A stretch of DNA of 64,000 nucleotides from an uncultured bacterium. Its GTDB lineage: Bacteria > Bacillota > Clostridia > Christensenellales > QALW01. The stretch covers positions 14,521 through 78,520 of the forward strand of contig CAJMLN010000004.1 in NCBI GenBank assembly GCA_905214315.1, read 5' to 3'. Below are positions 1 through 9,279 of this stretch, one piece after another. The notes under the pieces are model-generated. The model was not told where the DNA came from. It saw only the letters and a program-made list of their open reading frames with translations, and did no database searches. The translations under genes and the position numbers were made by a program. Every line of letters begins with the position of its first letter. Positions within the stretch are counted from its first letter, which is position 1.

Positions 1-556
1 TGCAAAGCACTTTTCTCCCGCAATGATTCCCGAGGCAAGGGAGAGGGTCATTCTTGTCAACGGCATGTCCAAGGCCTACGCGATGACCGGCTGGCGCATG
101 GGGTATTCCATCAGCAATGCAAAGATTGCCAAAATGATCGGCAGCTACCAGAGTCACGCCACCGGCAATCCCAATACCGTGGCGCAGTATTCCACCCTTG
201 CAGCCATTACCAGTGAGAATCCGGAATTCAGCGCTATGCTCGAGGAATTTTGTCGCCGCAGAAATTATATGGTGGAGGCGGTCAATGCGATTCCCGGTCT
301 TCATGCGCAGATGCCCAAGGGCGCGTTTTATGTCATGGTTTGCATCAAGGACGTGATCGGCAAAGCATATAACGGAAAAAAAATTATGGGGTCCATGGAT
401 TTTGCCGAGGCCTTGCTGGACGCGCAGATGACGGCCGTTGTGCCGGGGCTGCCCTTCGGCGCCGACGGCTATATTCGCCTTTCCTATGCCACGAGCATGG
501 AGACGATCCAAAAAGGCCTGCAAAGAATTTGTGAATTTGTGAAAGGATTAAAGTGA
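1..556 (+). CDS. Class I PLP aminotransferase (aspartate aminotransferase-like), C-terminal part; 5' end lies outside the window
   Basis: The reading frame is open to the window edge. 'VNGMSKAYAMTGWRMGY' is the PLP-lysine region typical of AspC-type enzymes. The stop overlaps the next start (ATGA-type coupling). Confidence 0.8.
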   Translation, partial: AKHFSPAMIPEARERVILVNGMSKAYAMTGWRMGYSISNAKIAKMIGSYQSHATGNPNTVAQYSTLAAITSENPEFSAMLEEFCRRRNYMVEAVNAIPGLHAQMPKGAFYVMVCIKDVIGKAYNGKKIMGSMDFAEALLDAQMTAVVPGLPFGADGYIRLSYATSMETIQKGLQRICEFVKGLK

Positions 557-1968
557 TGTTAAAGTTAGATAAGCATACCAACCATTTAACCGAAAATATT
601 TATCACTATACGCTGCAGGATGTGGCCGAGCCCGAGCTGTACCGCGCCCTGTATGATTATAAATCCATTCCCAAGGTAGCTTTTAACGAGCGCCATGTGC
701 CGATGATTACCCCGAGCGAGCTGTGGATTACCGATACTACCTTCCGCGACGGCCAGCAGTCGACCTCGCCCTTTACGGCCGGGCAGATTGTGGAGATTTA
801 TAAAATGCTCAGCCGCCTCAGCGGCGAGAACGGCATCGTCCGGCAGAGCGAGTTTTTCCTCTACAGCGAAAAGGACCGCGCCGCCGTGGAAAAGTGCCAG
901 GATTTGGGGCTGCGCTTTCCTGAGATAACCAGCTGGATTCGCGCCAATCCCAAGGATTTTGAGCTGGTAAAGGCCATGGGGGTAAAGGAAACGGGTATTT
1001 TGGTCAGCTGTTCGGACTATCACATCTTTAAAAAAATGAATCTGACCCGCTCTCAGGCGCTGGAGAAATATCTTTCCATCGTCAAGGCGGCCCTGGAGCA
1101 GGGCATTGTTCCGCGGTGCCATTTTGAGGATATCACGCGCGCGGATTTTTACGGCTTTGTGGTGCCCTTTGCCACGGAGCTGATGAAGCTGAGCCAGGAG
1201 AGCGGCATTCCCATCAAAATTCGTGCCTGCGATACAATGGGCTTCGGCGTGTCCTATCCCGGTGCGTCGATTCCCCGCAGCGTGCAGGGTATTATCTACG
1301 GCCTGAACCACTATGCCGGCGTGCCCAGCGCCCAGCTGGAATGGCACGGGCATAATGATTTTTATAAGGTGGTCAGCAACGCGGCTACGGCCTGGCTTTA
1401 CGGCTGCAGCAGCGTAAACTGCTCGCTTCTGGGCATCGGCGAGCGCACGGGCAACTGCCCGTTGGAGGCCATGGCGATTGAGTACGCCTCGCTGCGTGGC
1501 ACGACCGACGGCATGGATCTTTCGGTGATTACCGAGATTGCGCAGTTCTTTGAAAATGAGCTGGGCTATGAAATTCCGGCCAACACGCCGTTTGTAGGCC
1601 GCAATTTCAATGCTACGCGGGCGGGCATCCACGCCGACGGAATGCTCAAGGACGAGGAGATTTACAATATCTTTGATACCAAGGCGATTCTGAACCGCCC
1701 GGCCATGGTCATTGTGGACGCGCATTCGGGCTTGGCGGGCCTTGCCTACTGGATGAACGGATACTATCATTTGAGCGGCGATATCGCCGTGGATAAGCGC
1801 GATGACATTGTGGTAAAGATGAAGGAGCTGGTGGATAAAGAATATGCCGCCGGACGCAATACCGCCATGGGCGACGTGGAGCTGGACGGCATGCTCAAGG
1901 CGCTGGATAAGGATATTCACGCCGCATTTGAGCACCATTATTTAGCGGCAAAATTATTGAAAAAATAG
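553..1968 (+). CDS. HMGL-like/DRE-TIM acyl-CoA condensing enzyme (homocitrate / Re-citrate / isopropylmalate synthase family)
   Basis: 471 aa. 'LWITDTTFRDGQQS' and 'EWHGHNDF' are metal/substrate motifs of the LeuA/NifV/Re-citrate synthase family. The size and lack of a LeuA C-terminal regulatory domain fit the homocitrate/Re-citrate type. Confidence 0.7.
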   Translation: MMLKLDKHTNHLTENIYHYTLQDVAEPELYRALYDYKSIPKVAFNERHVPMITPSELWITDTTFRDGQQSTSPFTAGQIVEIYKMLSRLSGENGIVRQSEFFLYSEKDRAAVEKCQDLGLRFPEITSWIRANPKDFELVKAMGVKETGILVSCSDYHIFKKMNLTRSQALEKYLSIVKAALEQGIVPRCHFEDITRADFYGFVVPFATELMKLSQESGIPIKIRACDTMGFGVSYPGASIPRSVQGIIYGLNHYAGVPSAQLEWHGHNDFYKVVSNAATAWLYGCSSVNCSLLGIGERTGNCPLEAMAIEYASLRGTTDGMDLSVITEIAQFFENELGYEIPANTPFVGRNFNATRAGIHADGMLKDEEIYNIFDTKAILNRPAMVIVDAHSGLAGLAYWMNGYYHLSGDIAVDKRDDIVVKMKELVDKEYAAGRNTAMGDVELDGMLKALDKDIHAAFEHHYLAAKLLKK

Positions 1969-2053
1969 TTTTTGATAATTTTTATCAAAAATCTATGGAA
2001 ATTTCACTGGGAATGGTTTATAATACAGGTATAAACTTGAAGGAGGTTTTTCT

Positions 2054-2467
2054 ATGATTAAAATCATCTACGGAAAAAAAGGAGCGGGCAAAACCAAAAA
2101 GATTATCGAAAGCGCCAACATCGCTTCGGAAACCTGCAAGGGCAACGTTGCCTTCCTCTTTAACAGCAAGCGGTACATCTGCGACCTGAAGCATCAGGTG
2201 CGCTTTATTGATACCAATGAATACGGCATAAAGGGCGCATATCTGTTTTTAGGCTTTATCAGCGGCCTGATCGCTTCCAATTTTGACCTGGAAAAAATTT
2301 ATGTCGATGGATTTTTAAAGCATATGGATCGTCCCATTGAAGAGCTGGAGGATCTCTTCATTCGCCTCAAACCCCTCTGTGAAATGCACCGGGTGGAGCT
2401 GATCCTTTCGGTAAGTGCGGATAAGGACGAGATTCCGGCGTTTATGCAGGAATTTTTAGCAGATTAA
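2054..2467 (+). CDS. Small P-loop NTPase-like protein of unknown function
   Basis: 137 aa. Walker A-like 'GKKGAGKT' at the N-terminus and Walker B-like 'KIYVDGF'. A GGAGG Shine-Dalgarno sequence lies 8 nt upstream. Confidence 0.4.
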   Translation: MIKIIYGKKGAGKTKKIIESANIASETCKGNVAFLFNSKRYICDLKHQVRFIDTNEYGIKGAYLFLGFISGLIASNFDLEKIYVDGFLKHMDRPIEELEDLFIRLKPLCEMHRVELILSVSADKDEIPAFMQEFLAD

Positions 2468-2476
2468 GGAAAGACT

Positions 2477-3964
2477 ATGAAATATACTTCCACCAGGGAT
2501 TCGTCCCTATCGTTTTCAGCGGCAAAATGCTTTGTACAGGGCATTTCGGCCGAAGGGGGACTGTTTGTTCCCGAAGCGTTTCCGGAATTCAGCTTGCAGG
2601 ACATTTCCGCCATGGCGGAAATGTCCTACTCGCAAAGAGCGTATGCGGTGCTGTCCCGCTATTTAACGGATTTTTCTAAAGAAGAGCTGAAGGCCTGCAT
2701 CCGCGGAGCCTACGAAGGCAGATTTGATACCCCCGCCGTGGCGCCGCTGCACCGGATAGACGGGCGTACCGCCGTGCTGGAGCTGTTCCACGGTCCTACG
2801 CTGGCCTTTAAGGATATAGCGCTGCAGATTCTGCCGCATTTTTTAAAGTACGCTAAAGGCAAGGAGGGCGAGACCTGCGATATCCTGATTCTTGTGGCCA
2901 CCTCCGGCGATACGGGAAAGGCCGCGCTTGAGGGCTTCTGCGATGTGGACGGCATGCGCATTGCGGTGTTCTTCCCCAACGAGGGCGTCAGCCATATGCA
3001 GCAGCTGCAGATGACCACGCAGGAGGGCGGCAACGTGCTGGTATGCGCGGTAAACGGCAATTTTGATGACGCGCAGACCGGCGTAAAAAGAATTTTTGCC
3101 GATGCCGCAGTACGGGAGGGACTGCTGCACAACGGTGTAAAGCTCTCCAGCGCCAACTCCATCAACTGGGGACGGCTTGTGCCGCAGATCGTCTATTATT
3201 TCAGCGCCTATGCCGATTGGCTGAAGGAGGGCCGCATCCGGCCGGGCGAGAAGATCAACTTTGTGGTTCCCACGGGCAATTTCGGGGATATTCTGGCCGG
3301 CTACTATGCCATGCGCATGGGACTGCCGGTACATAAGCTGATTTGCGCCTCCAATAAGAACAACGTGCTTACCGACTTTTTTGCCGGCGGCACCTATAAC
3401 GCCAACCGCGCGTTTTATAAAACCATGTCGCCCTCAATGGATATTCTGATCTCCAGCAATCTGGAACGGCTGCTGTTCGAGCTCTCTGGCCGGGATGATA
3501 AGGCCGTTCGCGCCATGATGGACCGGCTGAAGCAGTCGGGCGAGTATTCGATTTCCGCGCAGATGCAGGAGGCGTTGAAACAAAATTTTACCGCCGGCTG
3601 TGCCGACGAAGAGGAAACGCAGGCGGCTATTTCGCGGCTGTGGAAGGAAAAGAATTACTGTATCGACACGCATACGGCCGTGGCGGTCAGCGTATATGAA
3701 AAGTATAAGAAGACCTCCGGCGACGATACGCCCACGGTCATCCTTTCCACTGCCAGCCCGTATAAATTTCCCCGCGCGGTGCTTTCTGCCGTTTCCGGCA
3801 GCGCGCCGGAGGATGACTTTGAGGCGGCCGCGGCCCTGGAAGCCATGGGAGTTCCCATGCCGGCGCAGATCGCTGGACTGAAACAGAAGCCGGTGCTGCA
3901 CCGCGGCGTCTGCGCGAAAGATGCCATGGCGGCGGAAATTTTCAAAATAGGAGACAAAAGATGA
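2477..3964 (+). CDS. thrC: Threonine synthase
   Basis: 495 aa. 'PTLAFKDIALQ' contains the PLP lysine and 'ATSGDTGKAA' is the phosphate-binding loop. Length and N-terminal 'MKYTSTR' are typical of long-form ThrC. Confidence 0.9.
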   Translation: MKYTSTRDSSLSFSAAKCFVQGISAEGGLFVPEAFPEFSLQDISAMAEMSYSQRAYAVLSRYLTDFSKEELKACIRGAYEGRFDTPAVAPLHRIDGRTAVLELFHGPTLAFKDIALQILPHFLKYAKGKEGETCDILILVATSGDTGKAALEGFCDVDGMRIAVFFPNEGVSHMQQLQMTTQEGGNVLVCAVNGNFDDAQTGVKRIFADAAVREGLLHNGVKLSSANSINWGRLVPQIVYYFSAYADWLKEGRIRPGEKINFVVPTGNFGDILAGYYAMRMGLPVHKLICASNKNNVLTDFFAGGTYNANRAFYKTMSPSMDILISSNLERLLFELSGRDDKAVRAMMDRLKQSGEYSISAQMQEALKQNFTAGCADEEETQAAISRLWKEKNYCIDTHTAVAVSVYEKYKKTSGDDTPTVILSTASPYKFPRAVLSAVSGSAPEDDFEAAAALEAMGVPMPAQIAGLKQKPVLHRGVCAKDAMAAEIFKIGDKR

Positions 3965-4968
3965 CGGACGATAAAAAGACCATTTTTTCCGGCATACAGC
4001 CCTCGGGCTGTGTGACCATCGGCAATTATCTGGGCGCGCTGCGCTCATGGAAGCAGCTGCAGGAGGACTATCACTGCTATTACTGCGTGGTGGACCTTCA
4101 TGCCGTTACCGTGCGGCAGGAGCCGGCGGAGCTGAGACGGCGCTGTATTGAGCTGTATGCCGAATATATCGCCTGCGGCCTTGACCCGGAGAAAAACGTG
4201 ATGTTTTTCCAGTCCCATGTGCCGGCGCACAGTGAGCTTTCCTGGCTGCTGACCTGCAATTCCTATATGGGCGAGATGAGCCGGATGACGCAGTTTAAGG
4301 AAAAAAGCAAAAGGGCAGGCGCCAATGTGGGCCTGGGACTTTTGTGCTATCCGGTGCTGATGGCGGCGGATATTCTGCTGTATAACGCCGATTTGGTGCC
4401 CGTGGGAGAGGATCAGAAGCAGCACCTGGAGCTGGCCAGGGATCTGGCGGTCCGCTTCAACAGCGCCTACAGCGATACGTTCACCGTGCCGGAGGGATAC
4501 ATTCCAAAAAACGGCGCGCGGATTATGAGCCTGACCGATCCTACCAGTAAAATGAGCAAGAGCGCCGAAAATCCCAACGCGTTTGTTTCCATTCTGGACG
4601 CGCCGGAGACGGTGATGAAAAAATTCGCCCGCGCGGTTACGGATTCGGACAATAGCATTGTGCACGATTCGGCCAACAAGCCGGGCGTGACGAATCTGCT
4701 GGAAATTTACGCCGCCTGTACGGGGCAGGAGATTGCGGCCGCAGAGCAGGCCTTTGCGGGAAAGGGCTACGGCGAGTTTAAAAAAGCCGTGGGCGAGGCT
4801 GTAATAGAAACCCTGAGGCCCATACAGGAAAACTTTAAGCGCATTATGGATGATAAAGCCTATATTGAAAAATGCTATACCGAGGGCGCGCGTCAGGCCG
4901 CATATACGGCCGGTAAAACGCTGGCTAAGGTACAGCGCAAGATGGGCCTTGCCCCTAAAAAACTGTAA
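3961..4968 (+). CDS. trpS: Tryptophan--tRNA ligase
   Basis: 335 aa. Class I signatures are present: 'GIQPSGCVTIGNYLGA' (HIGH region) and 'KMSKS'. The start overlaps the thrC stop (ATGA). Confidence 0.95.
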   Translation: MTDDKKTIFSGIQPSGCVTIGNYLGALRSWKQLQEDYHCYYCVVDLHAVTVRQEPAELRRRCIELYAEYIACGLDPEKNVMFFQSHVPAHSELSWLLTCNSYMGEMSRMTQFKEKSKRAGANVGLGLLCYPVLMAADILLYNADLVPVGEDQKQHLELARDLAVRFNSAYSDTFTVPEGYIPKNGARIMSLTDPTSKMSKSAENPNAFVSILDAPETVMKKFARAVTDSDNSIVHDSANKPGVTNLLEIYAACTGQEIAAAEQAFAGKGYGEFKKAVGEAVIETLRPIQENFKRIMDDKAYIEKCYTEGARQAAYTAGKTLAKVQRKMGLAPKKL

Positions 4969-4972
4969 ACGG

Positions 4973-5005
4973 AAGCCGCGGGAGTCCCCTTGCGGCTTAT
5001 TTTGT
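4973..5005 (+). terminator. Rho-independent terminator after trpS
   Basis: Stem aagccgc / gcggctt followed by a T-tract (attttgt). Confidence 0.6.
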
Positions 5006-5023
5006 GCCGAAAAGGAGTTTTAA

Positions 5024-6439
5024 ATGATGAATAAAAGATGGATGAGCCTTTTTTTAAGCGTTCTTGTATGCACCGGCTGTACTGCGGCGCCGCCGATTTC
5101 CTCTGGAGATGCGCCGCCCTTTGACGTTACCGCACCTTTTTCGCAGAGCGAGGAGCTGGTTCTCCCGGCTCTTTACGGCGAAGGCATGGTTCTGCAGCGG
5201 GGGCGGGTAAAAATTACGGGAAAAACGCAGGATACGGACATTGCGGTTATCCTGAATGAAAAGGTGTACTGGGGCCGTTGTGAAAACGGAAGCTTTTGCA
5301 TTGAAATTCCCGATGCCGTTTCCGGCGGGCCGTATAGCTTGACGGTACGTACTCGGAATTTCGGAAAACGGTTTGAACAGGTGTATATAGGAGATGTGTT
5401 CCTGTTGGGCGGCCAGTCAAATATGAGCCTGACGCTGGGCAGCTGCGATCAAACGCTTCCGGTAAAATACATCAATGAGAATATTCACTTTTTTACCGTG
5501 GATAAGCAGTTTGCCGATACGCCGCAGACGGAGGTATCGGGCGCCTGGAAAAAGGGAAACGCCGCGGCAAATATGGATTTTTCGGCCATCGGCGTGATTT
5601 TTGCCGATGCTATGCAGAAAAAAGAAAATGTGCCCGTGGGGGCGGTATGCGCCTCGCTGGGCGGAACGATGACCAGCACCTGGCTGCCTGAGCAGGAGGC
5701 CGGGGGAATTGAGGATATTCCCTATATCAACCCTGAAAAATATGCCAATACCAGCGAGCCGAGCAAGTGTTATAACGGCATGATCGCACCGCTGACGGAT
5801 TATGTATTTAAAGGGGTGCTCTGGTATCAGGGGGAAAATCAAACGGAAAAGCATCAGGAGCTGCTTACGGGCGTCATTAATGGCTGGCGTCGGGTCTTTG
5901 ACGATGCCTCGCTGCCGTTTTTGATTATTGAGCTGCCCGGATATGAGGTCAGCGAGGAGCCAACCCGCTGGGCGCAGGTGCGGCAGGCACAGCAGCAAAC
6001 AGCGGAGGCGCTTGAAAACGTATGGCTGTGCTGTACCATTGATACCGGCGACCGGACGGATATCCATCCTCTGGATAAGGAGACGGTGGCGCTGCGCTGC
6101 GCGCTTGTGGGGCGGAATGCCTTTTACGGGGAAAATCTTTATACCGGCCCTGTGATTACCAATTGCACAAGGGAGAACGACGCGATTGTCTTAAGCGTTG
6201 CTTCCGAAGGCGGGCTGACTGTTCGGGGGACGTTGGAGGGGTGCTTTGAAATTCGTACAAAAGGAGCGACTAAGGGGTTCGTTCCCGCCCGGGCGGTGAT
6301 CGAGGGAGATACTATTGTTGTTTCGGGGATTGAAGATCCGGTGCAGGTGCGCTATTGCTTTACAAGCTTTCCCCGCCCCGCGATATTTGACGGCTGCGGA
6401 CTACCCCTTGACCAGTATGTCTCCCCTGTGCTTGGATGA
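5024..6439 (+). CDS. Lipoprotein, sialate O-acetylesterase-like SGNH/DUF303 carbohydrate esterase
   Basis: Signal peptide with lipobox 'LVCTGC'. 'LLGGQSNM' contains the catalytic Ser block and 'VLWYQGENQ' is also present, both typical of the 9-O-acetylesterase family. Confidence 0.7.
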   Translation: MMNKRWMSLFLSVLVCTGCTAAPPISSGDAPPFDVTAPFSQSEELVLPALYGEGMVLQRGRVKITGKTQDTDIAVILNEKVYWGRCENGSFCIEIPDAVSGGPYSLTVRTRNFGKRFEQVYIGDVFLLGGQSNMSLTLGSCDQTLPVKYINENIHFFTVDKQFADTPQTEVSGAWKKGNAAANMDFSAIGVIFADAMQKKENVPVGAVCASLGGTMTSTWLPEQEAGGIEDIPYINPEKYANTSEPSKCYNGMIAPLTDYVFKGVLWYQGENQTEKHQELLTGVINGWRRVFDDASLPFLIIELPGYEVSEEPTRWAQVRQAQQQTAEALENVWLCCTIDTGDRTDIHPLDKETVALRCALVGRNAFYGENLYTGPVITNCTRENDAIVLSVASEGGLTVRGTLEGCFEIRTKGATKGFVPARAVIEGDTIVVSGIEDPVQVRYCFTSFPRPAIFDGCGLPLDQYVSPVLG

Positions 6440-6462
6440 GCTTGGATAAACGGAAAATACAA

Positions 6463-6500
6463 ACAGCAGCGGCTACTCCGCTGCTGTCAGTATTTTTGTT
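6463..6500 (+). terminator. Terminator hairpin between convergent genes
   Basis: 10-bp stem acagcagcgg / ccgctgctgt with a 5-nt loop, followed by tattttt. Confidence 0.6.
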
Positions 6501-6576
6501 CGGCACAGCGAAAGAGTGATCGTCTCCTTTGTCTTTTTCATGGTGCGCTGCGTCCCCTTTCGGGAATTTTTGTTTT

Positions 6577-7236
6577 TTACAGCAGCGTCTGGCCGTTGAT
6601 CTCCAGCCGGAATTTTAAGCCCAGCTTTTCGGCGGCCTTGCGGCAGAGGATCATGCGGCCCAAAAAGATTTCAAAGTAGTCCATAATACTGCTGTATCTG
6701 GTTTCAATTTCCAAATACAAGGTGATGGTCGTTTTATCCTCGCTGATTTTTAAGGAGGAATCCTTTACCGAAAAGTTGACGCGGTCATGGATGTCAAAGG
6801 TGGCGACATCCGCGTTGCGTACGCGGCTGCGGCGGACGTCGGATTTATCGGCCAGAATCAGGGCCGCGGAAACCTCGTCCACCGGCACGCCGGTGCCCTC
6901 GTCGTGATTGCCGATAGCGGTGATAATTGTGGCCACATCCTCGGCGTCCATATCCATGTGGTCCAGGATTCGGAAGGCCATGACCGCCCCGCTCTGGGAG
7001 TGCTCCACCCGGTTGACCAGATTGCCGATATCATGCAGATAGCCGGCAATTTTGGCCAGCTCCACCTCGTGGGGAGGGTAATTCAGCCGGGAGAGGATCT
7101 CCCCCGCGCAGACGGCCACCTTGGTCACGTGGGCGAAGCTGTGTTCGGTATAGCCCAGCGCCTGCAGGGAGCTGTCGGCCTTTTGAATATAGGTTTTTAC
7201 GGCGGCATTGTTTTTGATGTCTTCAAAGCTTATCAT
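6577..7236 (-). CDS. HD-domain phosphohydrolase-like protein
   Basis: 219 aa. 'HSFAHV' ... 'GYLHDIGN' is the H...HD metal motif. Confidence 0.7.
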   Translation of the reverse strand: MISFEDIKNNAAVKTYIQKADSSLQALGYTEHSFAHVTKVAVCAGEILSRLNYPPHEVELAKIAGYLHDIGNLVNRVEHSQSGAVMAFRILDHMDMDAEDVATIITAIGNHDEGTGVPVDEVSAALILADKSDVRRSRVRNADVATFDIHDRVNFSVKDSSLKISEDKTTITLYLEIETRYSSIMDYFEIFLGRMILCRKAAEKLGLKFRLEINGQTLL

Positions 7237-7248
7237 AAAAAACTCCTG

Positions 7249-7920
7249 TCAGGGGCGGGGGATTTTATAGCCCACGCCGCGCACGGTTTCTATCAGGACT
7301 CCCGCGCTGCCTAATTTCTGGCGCAGGGTGCGGATGTGCACGTCCACGGTACGGTTCTCACCGTCAAAGGAATAGCCCCAAATACGGTTGAGAAGCTGGT
7401 CGCGCGTCAATACCAGGTTCTTTTTTTCCAAAAGCAGGCACAGCAGCTCGAATTCCTTTAAGGTAAGCGCGATCTCCTGTCCGTCCACCCTTACCATATG
7501 GGAAGAAGGGCACACGTACAGCGGCCCTACGGTGTATTCCTGCAGGTTCTGCGCCGGCGCGCTCCGGCGCAGCAGCGCCTTGACGCGGGCAACCATTTCC
7601 ATCATGCCGAAGGGCTTGGGAATATAATCGTCGGCGCCCTTTTCAAAGCCTAAGACCTTGTCGTATTCCGAGCCCTTGGCCGTCAGCAGAATCACGGGCA
7701 GGTTCCTGCAGCCGGCGTCGGCGCGCAGCTTTTCCAAAATGGACAGGCCGTCCTCCTCGGGCAGCATGATATCCAGCATCACCAGCTCCGGCGGCTGCTT
7801 TTTCATCTCCGCCCAGAACAGGGAGGGCGCCGCAAAGCCGGCGGCCGGAATCCCCGTGGAGGAAAGCGTGTAGACCACCAGCTCCCGTATATTATTATCG
7901 TCTTCTACAATATAAACCAT
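7249..7920 (-). CDS. OmpR/PhoB-family response regulator
   Basis: 223 aa. The receiver domain shows 'MVYIVEDD', 'LVMLDIMLPEEDG' and 'LTAKG'. A winged-helix output domain follows ('LTLKEFELLCLL', 'RTVDVHIRTLRQKL', 'VRGVGYK'). Confidence 0.9.
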   Translation of the reverse strand: MVYIVEDDNNIRELVVYTLSSTGIPAAGFAAPSLFWAEMKKQPPELVMLDIMLPEEDGLSILEKLRADAGCRNLPVILLTAKGSEYDKVLGFEKGADDYIPKPFGMMEMVARVKALLRRSAPAQNLQEYTVGPLYVCPSSHMVRVDGQEIALTLKEFELLCLLLEKKNLVLTRDQLLNRIWGYSFDGENRTVDVHIRTLRQKLGSAGVLIETVRGVGYKIPRP

Positions 7921-7931
7921 ACGCCCTCCTG

Positions 7932-9131
7932 TTATTTTTCTGAAAGCATTGCGTCCTTCAGCTGCTTCAGCGCGTCCATTCCGGCTATAATCTGCTCGTC
8001 GGTGGGGGTGGAATAGTTTACGCGGAAATTCCGGCAGGGCTTCTGCGGATCGGTCAGAAAGGCGCTGCCGGGCACGACGGCCACGCTGTACTGGCCGATG
8101 GCGCGCGAGCAGAATTCCTGCATATCAATTTTTTCCGGAAGCGCACACCATAAAAACAGCCCGCCGGTCACCCTGCTGCAGGTGATCTCCGGCAGCAGGC
8201 ACTCCTCGGCTTTCTGCCTGCACAGCGCGGCCTTTGCTTTATACAGCGCCCGCAGCCGCTCCAGATGCGCGGCAAAATCGTAATCGGTCATAAAATGATA
8301 GGCGATCATCTGCGCCAGAATGTTGGAATGGACGTCCTGTGTCTGCTTGATGGCGGTGAATTTGGCAATCAGCGGCCGGGGCGCAAGGCAGAAGCCCACG
8401 CGCAGGCCGGGGGAGAGGACCTTGGAGAACGAGCCGGCGTATAAAACGATGCCGTCGGTATCCATACTCTTTATCGGGGGCAGGCCTTCGCCGGTAAAAT
8501 AAAGATCGCCGTAGGGGTTGTCCTCTAAAATCAGAAAGCCGTATTTTTTTGCCAGCGCATAGATGGCGCGGCGCTTTTCCAGGCTGGTGGTAATGCCGGT
8601 GGGATTCTGGAAATTGGGTATGATATATAACAGCTTTACGTTTTTATTGGTTTTTGCGGCCTCCTCCAGCGCGGAAAGATTCAGTCCGTCCTCTTCCATG
8701 GGAATTCCCGCCAATCTGGCGCCGGAGAGCTTGAGGGCGTTGACGGAGCCTACAAAGCTGGGTTCCTCGCATAAAATCGTATCGCCCGCGCCGCAGAGCG
8801 CCGTTGCCGCCAGACTCATCGCCTGCTGGGCGCCGGCGGTAATTAAGATATCGTCGGCTTCCTTTCCGGCTCCGTGGTTGGCCTGCATGTAGGCCTTCAG
8901 GGCTTCCCGCAGGGGCGTATAGCCCTCGGTAACCGAATACTGCAGTGCCGCGATCGGTTCTTCTTCAAAAATTTTTTGGGTAATCTGCGCCACCTCCCGG
9001 GAGGGAAAGGCCTCCGGCGAGGGATTGCCCGCCGAAAAGGGAATGATGCCCGGGGCGGCGCTCATTTTCAAAATTTCACGGATCGCCGAGGGCTTCAGCG
9101 CCCGGGCGTTATCGGAAAAGGAATACTCCAT
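7932..9131 (-). CDS. PLP-dependent aminotransferase, class I/II (2-aminoadipate/aromatic aminotransferase-like)
   Basis: 399 aa. 'SFSKVLSPGLRVGF' contains the PLP lysine and 'PNFQNPTG' is also present. Confidence 0.8.
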   Translation of the reverse strand: MEYSFSDNARALKPSAIREILKMSAAPGIIPFSAGNPSPEAFPSREVAQITQKIFEEEPIAALQYSVTEGYTPLREALKAYMQANHGAGKEADDILITAGAQQAMSLAATALCGAGDTILCEEPSFVGSVNALKLSGARLAGIPMEEDGLNLSALEEAAKTNKNVKLLYIIPNFQNPTGITTSLEKRRAIYALAKKYGFLILEDNPYGDLYFTGEGLPPIKSMDTDGIVLYAGSFSKVLSPGLRVGFCLAPRPLIAKFTAIKQTQDVHSNILAQMIAYHFMTDYDFAAHLERLRALYKAKAALCRQKAEECLLPEITCSRVTGGLFLWCALPEKIDMQEFCSRAIGQYSVAVVPGSAFLTDPQKPCRNFRVNYSTPTDEQIIAGMDALKQLKDAMLSEK

Positions 9132-9279
9132 AAAAGGCCTCCGTTTGAAAGAAATTTTTCTGTATGTATTCTATCACAAAATCCGGCAAAGCACAACGTT
9201 CCTTTTTTTAATAGAAAAGTGAGAGTTTTTTTCTTTTGCGCTGTTAAAGGGATGAACGGGAGAAAAGGAGAGAAGCAGA

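Noticed and set aside
586-1938. 450-aa ORF antisense to the HMGL-like synthase gene
   Set aside because: It is a shadow ORF on the opposite strand of a well-supported gene. The composition is Arg/Ala/Gly/His-rich with no recognisable motif. The same applies to other long antisense ORFs: 26010..26909, 22345..23022, 14983..15810, 4045..4665 and 41009..41533.
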